The notes under the pieces: model-generated
Told to the model about the DNA's origin: nothing
Database searches by the model: none
The model's input: the letters and a program-made list of their open reading frames with translations, nothing else
Shown: positions 32,048 through 41,528 of the stretch, in pieces
Numbering within the stretch: position 1 is the first letter of the stretch
Layout of the letters: every line of letters begins with the position of its first letter
Position numbers and translations under genes: made by a program
From: a virus
Lineage: Duplodnaviria > Heunggongvirae > Uroviricota > Caudoviricetes
Virus record (IMG/VR): IMGVR_UViG_3300031998_000001
Coordinates: 173,064 to 237,063 of that record
Strand: one strand, 5' to 3'
DNA length: 64,000 nucleotides

Positions 32048-32938
32048 ATGGGAAATATTAAAAAATTTGATGAATTTGTAGGCAACGAGATGACACCAGA
32101 CGATGTTGTGGGCATTTTGGAGCATTTCTTCCTGAACGAAGGAATAGAAGTAAAATTGGACAGGCGTGTCGTTATGACGGACAAGCACGAAAAACTTGTC
32201 GATACATCCGTGGAAAATAACCCAAGCGTAATAACGGGGCTAATTCCGAATGTTGAGGTGTATTCGGTATTCAAGAGAAAGGAGGGCGATATAGGTGACG
32301 GAAACCCGTTGCTGTACGCTTTGAAGAATGAAAAGGGCTACGAGTTGGTAAACGCTATGAAAACAAAAAGCAGGGTCGAGTACATAGTAAAGCAATTCTT
32401 TTTAAGGCACGGCAAGAAGGACATTACCATAATGGTTCCGTCAACCAACGAATTGAACGATTACTTTGCGAAGGTTGTAGCAAGACATTGCGTACACCCC
32501 ACATACATAGATGACATTCTGGTAAAGATGACAACGGAGGAAGTTGACGACTACATACAGAAGGAAGATTCTCCTTTCAAGCGTCACTACGGCAGGAGGT
32601 TCAACATTGCGTACAAGTATTTCAGAAGATGTTGCAAGGATATGAAAGGCGGAAAGTTCAAGTTCCACGCAATCGACGATATGGAGATGAGAGGTGTCAT
32701 AGAGCATACAATCAAGTTGCAGGACGAATACTGGGGCAACTACATTGATGCCTTCAACGGGAAGGATGTGATAATAGTGGACGACAGCATTACGCTCGGA
32801 AACACAATAGTCGAATCCTGCAAAATCATATCGGAATGCTACACGCCCAAAAGCATAACGGTACTGACATTGCTGTCTCCGTTGTATGCGGAGGACGGGG
32901 TTGCGCTTGCCGATTTAAAGATAAACAAAGACAACTAA
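32048..32938 (+). CDS. type I phosphoribosyltransferase-like protein with tag-like N-terminus
   Basis: PRPP-loop VIIVDDSITLGNT; starts MGNIKKFDEF. Confidence 0.7.
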   Translation: MGNIKKFDEFVGNEMTPDDVVGILEHFFLNEGIEVKLDRRVVMTDKHEKLVDTSVENNPSVITGLIPNVEVYSVFKRKEGDIGDGNPLLYALKNEKGYELVNAMKTKSRVEYIVKQFFLRHGKKDITIMVPSTNELNDYFAKVVARHCVHPTYIDDILVKMTTEEVDDYIQKEDSPFKRHYGRRFNIAYKYFRRCCKDMKGGKFKFHAIDDMEMRGVIEHTIKLQDEYWGNYIDAFNGKDVIIVDDSITLGNTIVESCKIISECYTPKSITVLTLLSPLYAEDGVALADLKINKDN

Positions 32939-33032
32939 AATAAATTATGACCCGAAACAGTATTAAACCGTTTAAAAGCATTGCAAGAATCAAATTTATA
33001 AATAATATGTGGTTGTATATACACAACGGACT

Positions 33033-34424
33033 ATGATAACACTGAAGTTGAAATACGAGGCGAGCGATGAAGCGAAGGCTTTTATCCGTGAGTGCAGACG
33101 GCAATACTCGTCCGCGCTCCGCTTCGCGTACAACCGTGCCATCGACGGCTGGAACGGAAAGCAAATCCGCGATGCGATAAAGTTCGAGTTGAACAATGTC
33201 GGTCTTATGGACAGTTATATGGCTGCCTGCGTCGAGCAGGACGCGACATCCAAATGTAAATCAGTAAAAGAATCCGACAATCCAGACGCAAAATACATAT
33301 TCGGCGGACGCAAGAACTTCATCCGCCGTTGCAAGGGGCTTATAACGAAGGAAGCGTTTGATGACAAGAGATTATCTCCGCTATTGGTCGTAGGCGAGGC
33401 GAACCTAAAGGCGAACCGCAAGTTCGCCATAAACGAGGATTTGAGGTCGATACTGTTTAAAATCAACAAGAACAGCCATTACCAACTAAACCTAATCGGT
33501 GTTTACGGCAAGCGCAAGCAGATTTTATCCAAATTATACGAATTGCAATGCGCCAAAGCAACGCCCATAACATACAAACTTGATAGCGAATATGTCTATC
33601 TTTCGTTTGACGAGACAAAGGTCGAACACTACAAGCGAGACAACGCAATAAAAAACCGCGTGATGGCTATTGATATGAACCCGAACTACATCGGCTGGTC
33701 AATCGTTGACTGGAAAGGCGAGAATGAGTTTAGCATAGTCAAGCAAGGCGTATTCTCGATTAAGCAGATAAACGATATTGCACAGCAACTATCGAAATCA
33801 AAGACCGATTCGTCCGACCCGAAGAAGACATACATAGAGAACAAGCGCGTCCACGAGACATACGAGGTGTCGAAGAAGTTAATCCGCATATGCCTGCACT
33901 ACCGCTGCGAGATGTTCGCAATCGAGGACTTGGACATACGGGGCAAGGATTCTGGTCGAGGACACGGCTACAACCGTCTTGTCAACAACAACTGGTGTCG
34001 GAACAGCCTTGAACTTAATTTGCAGAAGCGTTGCAACATATTCGACATAAAGTTCCTGAAGGTCAAGCCGAACTACAGTTCGTTTGTCGGTAACTTCGTG
34101 TTCAGGCGTTTGAACCTTCCCGATATGGTTCTGGCATCAATCGAAATAGGCAGGCGCGGATACGAGTATAACTTGCAATACATAGAAAAGAAGAAAGATA
34201 TTAAGCGCAACATAATGTTTCCAGACAGTGAAGCCTACAGAGCGTCCATCTCCAAGTCATTGGAAGAATTTGGTCTGGACGACGGTGTTAGTCTTCTGGA
34301 AGCGTATGATGCGTTAAAAAAGTCTGGAACCAGATACAGGCTTTCCTTCGACCAGTGCGGGACAAGGTTTTCGAGGTGCTTTTCAAAGGCGAGCCTAATA
34401 TTAAAGAGTTTAAACGGTTTTTAA
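33033..34424 (+). CDS. divergent TnpB-related RuvC nuclease without Zn finger
   Basis: IFGGRKNF, RuvC-I AIDMNP, RuvC-II IEDL, KPNYSSFVG, RuvC-III candidate PDMVLASIEIGRR. Confidence 0.75.
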   Translation: MITLKLKYEASDEAKAFIRECRRQYSSALRFAYNRAIDGWNGKQIRDAIKFELNNVGLMDSYMAACVEQDATSKCKSVKESDNPDAKYIFGGRKNFIRRCKGLITKEAFDDKRLSPLLVVGEANLKANRKFAINEDLRSILFKINKNSHYQLNLIGVYGKRKQILSKLYELQCAKATPITYKLDSEYVYLSFDETKVEHYKRDNAIKNRVMAIDMNPNYIGWSIVDWKGENEFSIVKQGVFSIKQINDIAQQLSKSKTDSSDPKKTYIENKRVHETYEVSKKLIRICLHYRCEMFAIEDLDIRGKDSGRGHGYNRLVNNNWCRNSLELNLQKRCNIFDIKFLKVKPNYSSFVGNFVFRRLNLPDMVLASIEIGRRGYEYNLQYIEKKKDIKRNIMFPDSEAYRASISKSLEEFGLDDGVSLLEAYDALKKSGTRYRLSFDQCGTRFSRCFSKASLILKSLNGF

Positions 34425-34888
34425 TATGAATGATAGAAAGCAACATTTGAGTTACTCATTGGACATAGTGAAGGCAAGGGACGGGCGAGTGATGTTCGAC
34501 CTTGTGAACGATGCGTGCGACACGCACAACATATTCTACGGGGACAAACTCGTTGAAAGCACGAAGGAGTGGAACATAAGGTACAATGGCGTTGAGAACA
34601 ACAACGACCCTGAATACGAGTTCGTGGATATGACATCCCCAGAAGCACCGAATATGACTACGGAGGAATGGGACATATTGCGCCTACATTACCGCAGGCT
34701 TCTCTGTGGCGATGACTGGACGGACGATGAAATCACGGGTGCAAAGATACGCCTTGCCGTAGGTATGGCAAAACGCTTCAAGATGCCTCTCGACTTCGCC
34801 TTCGGGATACTTACCGACAAGGAGAGGGCTGTGTACGAGGCGAACAAGGAGATGTATGACAAGTGCGAACCGTTAAATGTATAGCAGG

Positions 34889-35314
34889 ATGAGCGAAAAG
34901 GACAGGCAAGAGGTTATCAGGGAACTGCTGTCCCGAATACAATACGGGGTGGTATTCAAGGTGGACGAGAATGTCGAGGGCTGGGAGAAGGGCAATATCC
35001 CAGTCGAAGGCGTGGAGAACGGTGTCGGGAACATCGGCGGACGCAATGTGGAAGCCCTGCTCGGCGCGTTCGAGCGCGGGGACATAGACATAAGGCTGTA
35101 CCTGCGCCCGATGGACGATACGGCGGATGCGTGGATGAACCAGATGCGCCACATAGTTGAATATGACAACGCGCACGGGGGCGGACGCGAAATGACCGAC
35201 CTGTTCCTGCCGAAGTTGACGGAGTTCATTTTCGGCAACCACTACGACACGAACGATATGATTGGGCGCGGGCTTGCGCTGCCCGCCCCAGAGGGAATGT
35301 ATAACGAGCAATAA
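34889..35314 (+). CDS. LPYG family protein, array gene 1
   Basis: ELLSRIQYGV...LYLRPMDD...HYDTNDMIGRGLALPAPEGMY. Confidence 0.8.
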   Translation: MSEKDRQEVIRELLSRIQYGVVFKVDENVEGWEKGNIPVEGVENGVGNIGGRNVEALLGAFERGDIDIRLYLRPMDDTADAWMNQMRHIVEYDNAHGGGREMTDLFLPKLTEFIFGNHYDTNDMIGRGLALPAPEGMYNEQ

Positions 35315-35322
35315 TCAAGGAT

Positions 35323-35763
35323 ATGGCAAGGGAAGAAAAACAACTACTACTGATTGACATTTGTGCAAGGTTGCCGTATGGGGTAATGTGTAATGTGTTC
35401 AATGGCAAATATGATGAAGATATGAAATTATCTCCGTCACTTTTGAGTTGGGATATAAATGATATTAAGCCCTACCTCCGTCCGCTGAATACGATAACAG
35501 ATACAGAGGTCAGTCGCGCAATAGGCATAATCACGGGCGGAGTTTCAAGATGGAGCGAAAGGGATAAACGCTGGTACTACATTGTTCACGACCCAAGCAT
35601 CGGGGAGATAGAGAGCGACTTCGACTTGGACTATTTCGCGCACGGCTACTACGGCATAGACAATATGGATTTCCTTAACTCGCACCACTTCGACTACCGC
35701 GGTCTTATCGAGAAGGGGCTGGCGTTGCCTGCGCCCGAAGGGATGTACGAACCAGAAAAATAA
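35323..35763 (+). CDS. LPYG family protein, array gene 2
   Basis: DICARLPYGV...IKPYLRPL...HHFDYRGLIEKGLALPAPEGMY. Confidence 0.85.
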   Translation: MAREEKQLLLIDICARLPYGVMCNVFNGKYDEDMKLSPSLLSWDINDIKPYLRPLNTITDTEVSRAIGIITGGVSRWSERDKRWYYIVHDPSIGEIESDFDLDYFAHGYYGIDNMDFLNSHHFDYRGLIEKGLALPAPEGMYEPEK

Positions 35764-35770
35764 TATAGCA

Positions 35771-36265
35771 ATGATAGAGGACGAATATAAATTATTGCTG
35801 GCGCAGAGCATACTCGGTCAAATGTGCCACGGCTTGAAAGTGAACTTCAGAATATTCGACCATAGTGAAGAAAAGATGGTCGAACTTGTAGGCGATGTGT
35901 TTTCGTTCGATATATATCACGGATATATTGTCGGTATAAGCAGCGGTGGCATTGACTACCAAGTCGATATGATGAAGGTCAAGCCGTATCTCCGTCCGCT
36001 CGAAAGTATGACGGATGATGAGAAATCCAAATTGAAATCGGCAACAGGTGTAACATTCAAGGAGGAGGACAACGGAAGACACAGCGAATTGTACGGCTAT
36101 GCTATGGTTTACCATAAATCATATTTTGAGGAATGGTTTATTCCGTACGAATGTAACGACTGGTGCGACCGCAACCACTTTGACTATCGCGGCTTAATAG
36201 ATAAATGCTTGGCGTTGCCTGCGCCAGAGGGAATGTATGACAAGTGTGAAACTTCAAATATATAG
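35771..36265 (+). CDS. LPYG family protein, array gene 3
   Basis: MCHGLKV...VKPYLRPLESMTDDE...NHFDYRGLIDKCLALPAPEGMY. Confidence 0.85.
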   Translation: MIEDEYKLLLAQSILGQMCHGLKVNFRIFDHSEEKMVELVGDVFSFDIYHGYIVGISSGGIDYQVDMMKVKPYLRPLESMTDDEKSKLKSATGVTFKEEDNGRHSELYGYAMVYHKSYFEEWFIPYECNDWCDRNHFDYRGLIDKCLALPAPEGMYDKCETSNI

Positions 36266-36269
36266 GGAT

Positions 36270-37424
36270 ATGACAACGGAAGAAAAGACTACGATTATGA
36301 ATATGGAAATCTGCGCAAGGCTTCCATACGGGGTGAGGTGCAAGGTAAATGCAAAGGGCTTTCTCGATTGGGTGCAGGAAGTGTTCGAGAAGAAACTCGT
36401 GGTGTCCACGCCCGAAATATGCGAGATTCTTACCAGAAGGTCGTTCGTGATAGAGGGTATGCCCGCATACGACAGGTTCACCCTCAAGGGCTTCTGCGAC
36501 TACGGCTGCGGCGTACCGTCGCGCTTCATAGAGTTGTGCCTGCGCCCCCTTGACGATATGACTGCGGAGGAGCAGAAGGAGTACAATTCGCTCTATGCGG
36601 AGAACGAGGACGGCAACGAGTATGACGACCTGCTGCAGTACGGGAGGCTTACCGACTGGCTCTATGCCAACCACTTCGACTTCCGACACCTCATCGAAAG
36701 AGGGCTTGCGGTTGACAGCGTGAGCGTGCCGAAGATAAAGCGGGCGTTCCTGCTCTGCTCGAAGCCCCACATCGCCATAAGCGAGATGTACGGAAATAGT
36801 TTCGACAACATAACGAAGAACAGGGAGAAGTACCTCGCCTTCTTGAGAAAGGTCGATGAGGACGGGCGCATTGACGAACTCTGCGCCATTATGAAGAAGC
36901 ACGGGCTTCTCGTCACGAAGACATATATGGGTATGACGGACGAGGAGAAGGATATGCTCCTCAAAGACCTCGCCACAAGGCTTCCCTATGGCGTGAAGGT
37001 GCATTGCGAATGGCACGAGCATCAGGAGGACGAGCCGACAGCCGACACGGGCGAACTTGTGTCGGTGGATATGAAGGACAGGACGATAATGTTCCATCGG
37101 AGCGACGGGCACTACTGGACTTCCGTTCCGTTCAACAGGGACGGCTGTACGGTCAAGCCGTACCTCCGCCCGATTGAAACTATGACGGAGGACGAAAGGA
37201 GGGTGCTGAAGAGCCAGATGCGGAAGGACATCGACGAACTTGACGAGACGGAGGAAAGCAAGGTGTTCACGAAGGGGATATGCCAGAACACGGTGAACCT
37301 CGACTACCTAAATTCCCACCACCTCGACTACCGTGGGCTTACGGGCAGGGACTTGGCGTATGAAGCCCCGGAGGATATGTACGACATAAAGGAAGAAAGG
37401 GACGGGGAAGATGGAAACGATTGA
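36270..37424 (+). CDS. LPYG family protein with two tandem domains, array gene 4
   Basis: EICARLPYGV...HFDFRHLIERGLA, then DLATRLPYGV...VKPYLRP...HLDYRGLTGRDLAYEAPEDMY. Confidence 0.85.
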   Translation: MTTEEKTTIMNMEICARLPYGVRCKVNAKGFLDWVQEVFEKKLVVSTPEICEILTRRSFVIEGMPAYDRFTLKGFCDYGCGVPSRFIELCLRPLDDMTAEEQKEYNSLYAENEDGNEYDDLLQYGRLTDWLYANHFDFRHLIERGLAVDSVSVPKIKRAFLLCSKPHIAISEMYGNSFDNITKNREKYLAFLRKVDEDGRIDELCAIMKKHGLLVTKTYMGMTDEEKDMLLKDLATRLPYGVKVHCEWHEHQEDEPTADTGELVSVDMKDRTIMFHRSDGHYWTSVPFNRDGCTVKPYLRPIETMTEDERRVLKSQMRKDIDELDETEESKVFTKGICQNTVNLDYLNSHHLDYRGLTGRDLAYEAPEDMYDIKEERDGEDGND

Positions 37425-37621
37425 GGTCGATACTATGCTCGGCAAGGTCAAGTGTGGCGAGCGGGACTACAGGAACGCACGGGAGGCATTCGATATGTGC
37501 TGGGCGTTGAAGCGCGACGGATATTCGGAAAAGGAGTTGCAGGGCTACTTCGACAACTTCCTGTACGGCTACCTCGTGGCGATGAAGATTTCAAGAAGTT
37601 CATATCAAAACTGTTAGGGAT

Positions 37622-38035
37622 ATGGCAAGCAAGAAGGGCACAATGACGCAGGAAGAGCAGAACCTTCTCATAGACGATATGCTCCCGCGCATAAGGCGTT
37701 CAAAGTTGCTCGCACGGAACAACAGGGACGGGCATCTTCTCCGTATATGCGGGATAGGTTCGTTCGGCGCGATGGTGTTCGCCCGCGACACGGACTACTA
37801 TTACACCGATGTTACGGTGGATTTGACCGACATAACGGTTTACCTTCGTTCGATGTCAACTATGACGGAAGCGGAAGAAGATGAGTATAACGCGCTCAAC
37901 GGCTATGAAAGGGGAGTGTTTCCATCCACCGTGGATGCGTTCGACTGGCTCTTGGAACACCGCTTCGACTATCGCGGTCTTATCGGCAGGGGCTTGGCGG
38001 AGGAAGAGCCAAGCGGGATTGCGGACGATGTTTAG
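37622..38035 (+). CDS. LPYG family protein (divergent block A), array gene 5
   Basis: VYLRSMSTMTEAE...DWLLEHRFDYRGLIGRGLA. Confidence 0.8.
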   Translation: MASKKGTMTQEEQNLLIDDMLPRIRRSKLLARNNRDGHLLRICGIGSFGAMVFARDTDYYYTDVTVDLTDITVYLRSMSTMTEAEEDEYNALNGYERGVFPSTVDAFDWLLEHRFDYRGLIGRGLAEEEPSGIADDV

Positions 38036-38043
38036 GACATTTT

Positions 38044-38072
38044 CTGAAATCGTTATATATTTCCAATATATT
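38044..38072 (+). promoter_or_regulatory. CTGAAA-N17-TATATT promoter (copy 9), internal to the array
   Basis: Strict motif upstream of ATG 38097. Confidence 0.8.
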
Positions 38073-38096
38073 ATAGTTGGAGAAAACATTGAAACT

Positions 38097-38492
38097 ATGA
38101 CGGAAGAACAGAAGAAAATATTGTTGAAAGACCTGTCGGCAAGAGTGCCGTACCGCCCGAAGTTCATAACATACGCACTAACCTATGACAAGGGGGTTAA
38201 TGTGGCTACCGATATTGTGCGGGGCATAGTCGATGACAGCATAGTCGGGGAGAACGGAAGTTATAGGTTGGACAAGTCTATGCTGTTCCTCCGTCCTATG
38301 TCAACTATGACAGAAGCCGAAAGGAAGGTATATGACAAATTGAGCCGTATGGATGACGAATATTCGCAGCCACACGATTCTTCCCATTTGGTTGACTGGC
38401 TCAACGAGCACCATTTCGACCACAGGGGATTGATAGGGATGGGCTTGGCGACACCCGCGCCCGAAGGGATGTATGACAACAAAAATAATTAA
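38097..38492 (+). CDS. LPYG family protein, array gene 6
   Basis: DLSARVPY...LFLRPMSTMTEAE...DWLNEHHFDHRGLIGMGLATPAPEGMY. Confidence 0.85.
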   Translation: MTEEQKKILLKDLSARVPYRPKFITYALTYDKGVNVATDIVRGIVDDSIVGENGSYRLDKSMLFLRPMSTMTEAERKVYDKLSRMDDEYSQPHDSSHLVDWLNEHHFDHRGLIGMGLATPAPEGMYDNKNN

Positions 38493-38496
38493 GGAT

Positions 38497-38919
38497 ATGA
38501 CAAGTGAAGATAGGCAATTAGTCGCGAAGGCACTCTGCGGATACCTGCCTTACGGGTTGAAGTTCAGGCAGACTGACGAATCGACCATAACATTAAAGGG
38601 GCTATGTATCGAGGGCAATATCATAACGGTCAATCCGAAAATGCAATACGGGTTTAATCTGGTCAACGAATACGGGGACTTGGAGTACAAGCCCTACCTC
38701 CGCCCAATGTCAGATATGACGGAGAAAGAAATGAGCGAATTGAGGCAATGGGGAAGTTTATGTATGTATAATGATAACACCGTACAAGACATTGGTGTAT
38801 ATGGTGCTATTCATAGTATTCCCGTCATTGACTGGCTCAACGCCCATCACTTCGATTACAGGGGCTTGATTGAAATGGGTCTGGCGTTGCCCGCACCCGA
38901 AGGAATGTATAATAATTAA
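38497..38919 (+). CDS. LPYG family protein, array gene 7
   Basis: ALCGYLPYGL...YKPYLRPMSDMTEKE...DWLNAHHFDYRGLIEMGLALPAPEGMY. Confidence 0.85.
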   Translation: MTSEDRQLVAKALCGYLPYGLKFRQTDESTITLKGLCIEGNIITVNPKMQYGFNLVNEYGDLEYKPYLRPMSDMTEKEMSELRQWGSLCMYNDNTVQDIGVYGAIHSIPVIDWLNAHHFDYRGLIEMGLALPAPEGMYNN

Positions 38920-38935
38920 AATTATAATAACGGTT

Positions 38936-39382
38936 ATGATACTAACAAAAGAACAAAAGAAACTCCTATTGGATGACCTCTGTGCGAGGTTGCCCTATGG
39001 TGTAAGGGGGACGGTGAAAACCACCGACGGCAACGGACAGGAAATCACGGATGACGGGATAATCAACAGTGCCTTCATCAATGAGCACGGCAAGGCATAC
39101 ATCTGCATTGAGAGCGCAGAGTATGAACTTGAAGATGTCAAGCCCTACCTCCGAACAATGTCAAGTATGACGGTCGAGGAAGAAGCACAAGTGCATAGGT
39201 TTATGGACATTGTTACGGATGAAAACTATGGCGACGGCTATTCACCATCCGCTTGGGATGCAATGAACGGTTTTGTGCAATATTGTGACTCGCATCATCT
39301 TGACCACAGGGGGCTGATATTCAGAGGGCTTGCTCTTGAAGCACCAGAAGGAATGTATAACGACCAAATGACAGCGATATGA
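38936..39382 (+). CDS. LPYG family protein, array gene 8
   Basis: DLCARLPYGV...VKPYLRTMSSMT...HHLDHRGLIFRGLALEAPEGMY. Confidence 0.85.
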   Translation: MILTKEQKKLLLDDLCARLPYGVRGTVKTTDGNGQEITDDGIINSAFINEHGKAYICIESAEYELEDVKPYLRTMSSMTVEEEAQVHRFMDIVTDENYGDGYSPSAWDAMNGFVQYCDSHHLDHRGLIFRGLALEAPEGMYNDQMTAI

Positions 39383-39753
39383 CAGAAGAAGAAAAAAGAC
39401 TTTTAATCCAAGACCTCGTGGCAAGAGTGCCGTATGGGGTAAGGGGCAAAACGCTCGGTTGCAAAACCTGTACATTGGTGTATATTGGCGTTGCTGGGGA
39501 TTTCACAGCCGACACATATCACGGATGGATAGGGCGCAAGCAGTTCGTGCCTTACCTCCGCCCGATGTCGGATATGACGGAGGACGAGTTCAAGGAATGG
39601 CACGACAGGATTAGACCGATGTATGACGGCAAGCCGTATGAGTCGGAGGGCGCGGACATCGACTTTTTCAACAAGCACCATATAGATTACCGCGACTTGA
39701 TTGGGAAGGGGTTGGCGTTGAAAGCCCCAGACGGAATGTATGACGGGCAATAA
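39379..39753 (+). CDS. LPYG family protein, array gene 9
   Basis: DLVARVPYGV...FVPYLRPMSDMTEDE...HHIDYRDLIGKGLALKAPDGMY. Confidence 0.85.
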   Translation: MTEEEKRLLIQDLVARVPYGVRGKTLGCKTCTLVYIGVAGDFTADTYHGWIGRKQFVPYLRPMSDMTEDEFKEWHDRIRPMYDGKPYESEGADIDFFNKHHIDYRDLIGKGLALKAPDGMYDGQ

Positions 39754-39761
39754 TCAAGGAT

Positions 39762-40247
39762 ATGACAAGGGAGGAAAAACAACTACTGCTTGCCGACTTA
39801 TGCGCAAGGTTGCCATACGGGGTGAAGTGCAAGGTGGAAACCTGCGCACCACCAGCAACTATCGCGAGCATAAACGATGAAGGCGGAGTGACGGTAAGGC
39901 TTGTTGACAAGAACGGAATGACACGAGGGGTAGGCTGGGACTACTTGGCTGACATAAAACCTTACCTCCGCCCAATAGATACAATGACTGGGGATGAGAG
40001 GGGTGAATTGCTGTTTCTTTTGGCAGAAGGAAGAACGAACATAGAACTTAACACCAACGGTCAACTAATAACAAAAGATGATGTTAAACTTGGATTTAAC
40101 TACCCGTTTGTATGTCCGCAAGGTAGTGGTGAATACATTGATTTTCTTAATGCCCACCATTTCGACTACAGAGGTTTGATTGAGAAGGGGCTGGCGTTGA
40201 AAGCCCCAGATGGAATGTACGATGACAAAAAACGATTAGGGTTATGA
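39762..40247 (+). CDS. LPYG family protein, array gene 10
   Basis: DLCARLPYGV...IKPYLRPIDTMT...HHFDYRGLIEKGLALKAPDGMY. Confidence 0.85.
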   Translation: MTREEKQLLLADLCARLPYGVKCKVETCAPPATIASINDEGGVTVRLVDKNGMTRGVGWDYLADIKPYLRPIDTMTGDERGELLFLLAEGRTNIELNTNGQLITKDDVKLGFNYPFVCPQGSGEYIDFLNAHHFDYRGLIEKGLALKAPDGMYDDKKRLGL

Positions 40248-40606
40248 CAACGGAAGAAAGACAGTTACTGCTTGCCGACTTATGCGCAAGGCTACCATAC
40301 GGGGTGAACATAAATTTGGATGAAGAATATAATGCACGCTTGACGGGCATAGACGAAGACGGCAACCTGACCGCCGACATCCCCGCCGATTTTGCTTTCA
40401 GCATTGACGAAATTAAGCCTTACCTCCGTCCTATGGAGAGTATGACGGATGAAGAAGGTAAGGAATATAATATCTTATTGACTACTGGTCAATGCTTTAA
40501 GTTGGTTGATTATCTAAATAGGAAAATGTTCGACTATCGCGGGCTTATACCAATGGGCTTGGCACTGCCCACCCCAGACGGAATGTATAACGGACAAAAC
40601 AATTAA
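40244..40606 (+). CDS. LPYG family protein, array gene 11
   Basis: DLCARLPYGV...IKPYLRPMESMTDEE...MFDYRGLIPMGLALPTPDGMY. Confidence 0.85.
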   Translation: MTTEERQLLLADLCARLPYGVNINLDEEYNARLTGIDEDGNLTADIPADFAFSIDEIKPYLRPMESMTDEEGKEYNILLTTGQCFKLVDYLNRKMFDYRGLIPMGLALPTPDGMYNGQNN

Positions 40607-40610
40607 GATT

Positions 40611-41009
40611 ATGACGAAAAAACAGAAACAACTGCTTGTAAAGGCACTCTGCGGATATTTGCCGTATGGCTTGAAGATATGCAAGGTGAAGCCGTCGTTC
40701 CTGAAGGAAGATGGCTTGCACATACAGGACGCACAGGGGATAGACCTTGTGCTGACGATAGTGCTCACCAACACATTCGCCCGCGTGGAAGATATGAAGC
40801 CGTACTTGCGACCGATGTCAAGTATGACCGAGAAGGAAAGGGCGAAATACCTTAAAGCCTGCGACAAGGAAACGGATGATGCGCTGGCGCAGCCGAGATA
40901 CAGCGGGGTTGACTGGCTTAACGAACACCATTTCGATTACCGTGGATTGATTGGAATGGGGCTTGCGCTGGAGGCGGAAGAAGGAATGTATGACAACAAA
41001 AACGAATAA
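40611..41009 (+). CDS. LPYG family protein, array gene 12
   Basis: ALCGYLPYGL...MKPYLRPMSSMTEKE...DWLNEHHFDYRGLIGMGLALEAEEGMY. Confidence 0.85.
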   Translation: MTKKQKQLLVKALCGYLPYGLKICKVKPSFLKEDGLHIQDAQGIDLVLTIVLTNTFARVEDMKPYLRPMSSMTEKERAKYLKACDKETDDALAQPRYSGVDWLNEHHFDYRGLIGMGLALEAEEGMYDNKNE

Positions 41010-41472
41010 GTATGCCGAGATACTACAAGTATGACATTGACGACCTGAAGGAACTGCACGAGGCTTGCAGGACTGTCGGGGGGCTGAACAAATGGGTTGA
41101 CGGACACTACCGCTACACCTGCTCGTGCTGCGGCAAGGACGAGTTGTACCACCAGTCGCCAGTATTGGGCAACGAGATGTGGAAGGGGGTGTGCAGGACG
41201 CTCGGACTCGAATACCCGAACGGGAAGCACCCGAACAACATAGGCAGGACTTACCGCCTTCCCCGTGACAAGGACGGGCAGGCTGCCGTCAGGTTCTACC
41301 GATTCTTCGACGAGATAGGCAGGGTGTGGGGCGATGACACATACACTATGCTCTGCCGCGGGTGCGTGGAGAAGGCACTTGGCAGACCGCTGGTGAAAGC
41401 CGACCTGCCCGACTGCGGGCTTAACAGGATGCACATTGACGAATATGGAGATTAGGATACCGATAATATTTC

Positions 41473-41501
41473 CTGAAATTCTTATATATTTCCAATATAT
41501 T
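41473..41501 (+). promoter_or_regulatory. CTGAAA-N17-TATATT promoter (copy 10)
   Basis: Strict motif upstream of 41529; a degenerate copy (ATGAAG-N17-TATATT) lies at 42234-42262. Confidence 0.8.
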
Positions 41502-41528
41502 ATAGTTGAAAAGAAAACATAAAAGGTT

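Noticed and set aside
33033-34424. Type V CRISPR-Cas effector locus
   Set aside because: No repeat-spacer array or cas genes nearby; kept as TnpB-related.
34889-41009. Diversity-generating retroelement behind the paralog array
   Set aside because: No reverse transcriptase in the window, no near-identical TR/VR pair, and variation involves length changes rather than adenine-specific substitutions.
34889-41009. CRISPR array or integron cassette array
   Set aside because: The repeats are protein-coding and degenerate with 350-1150 bp spacing; no attC-like palindromes or integrase seen.
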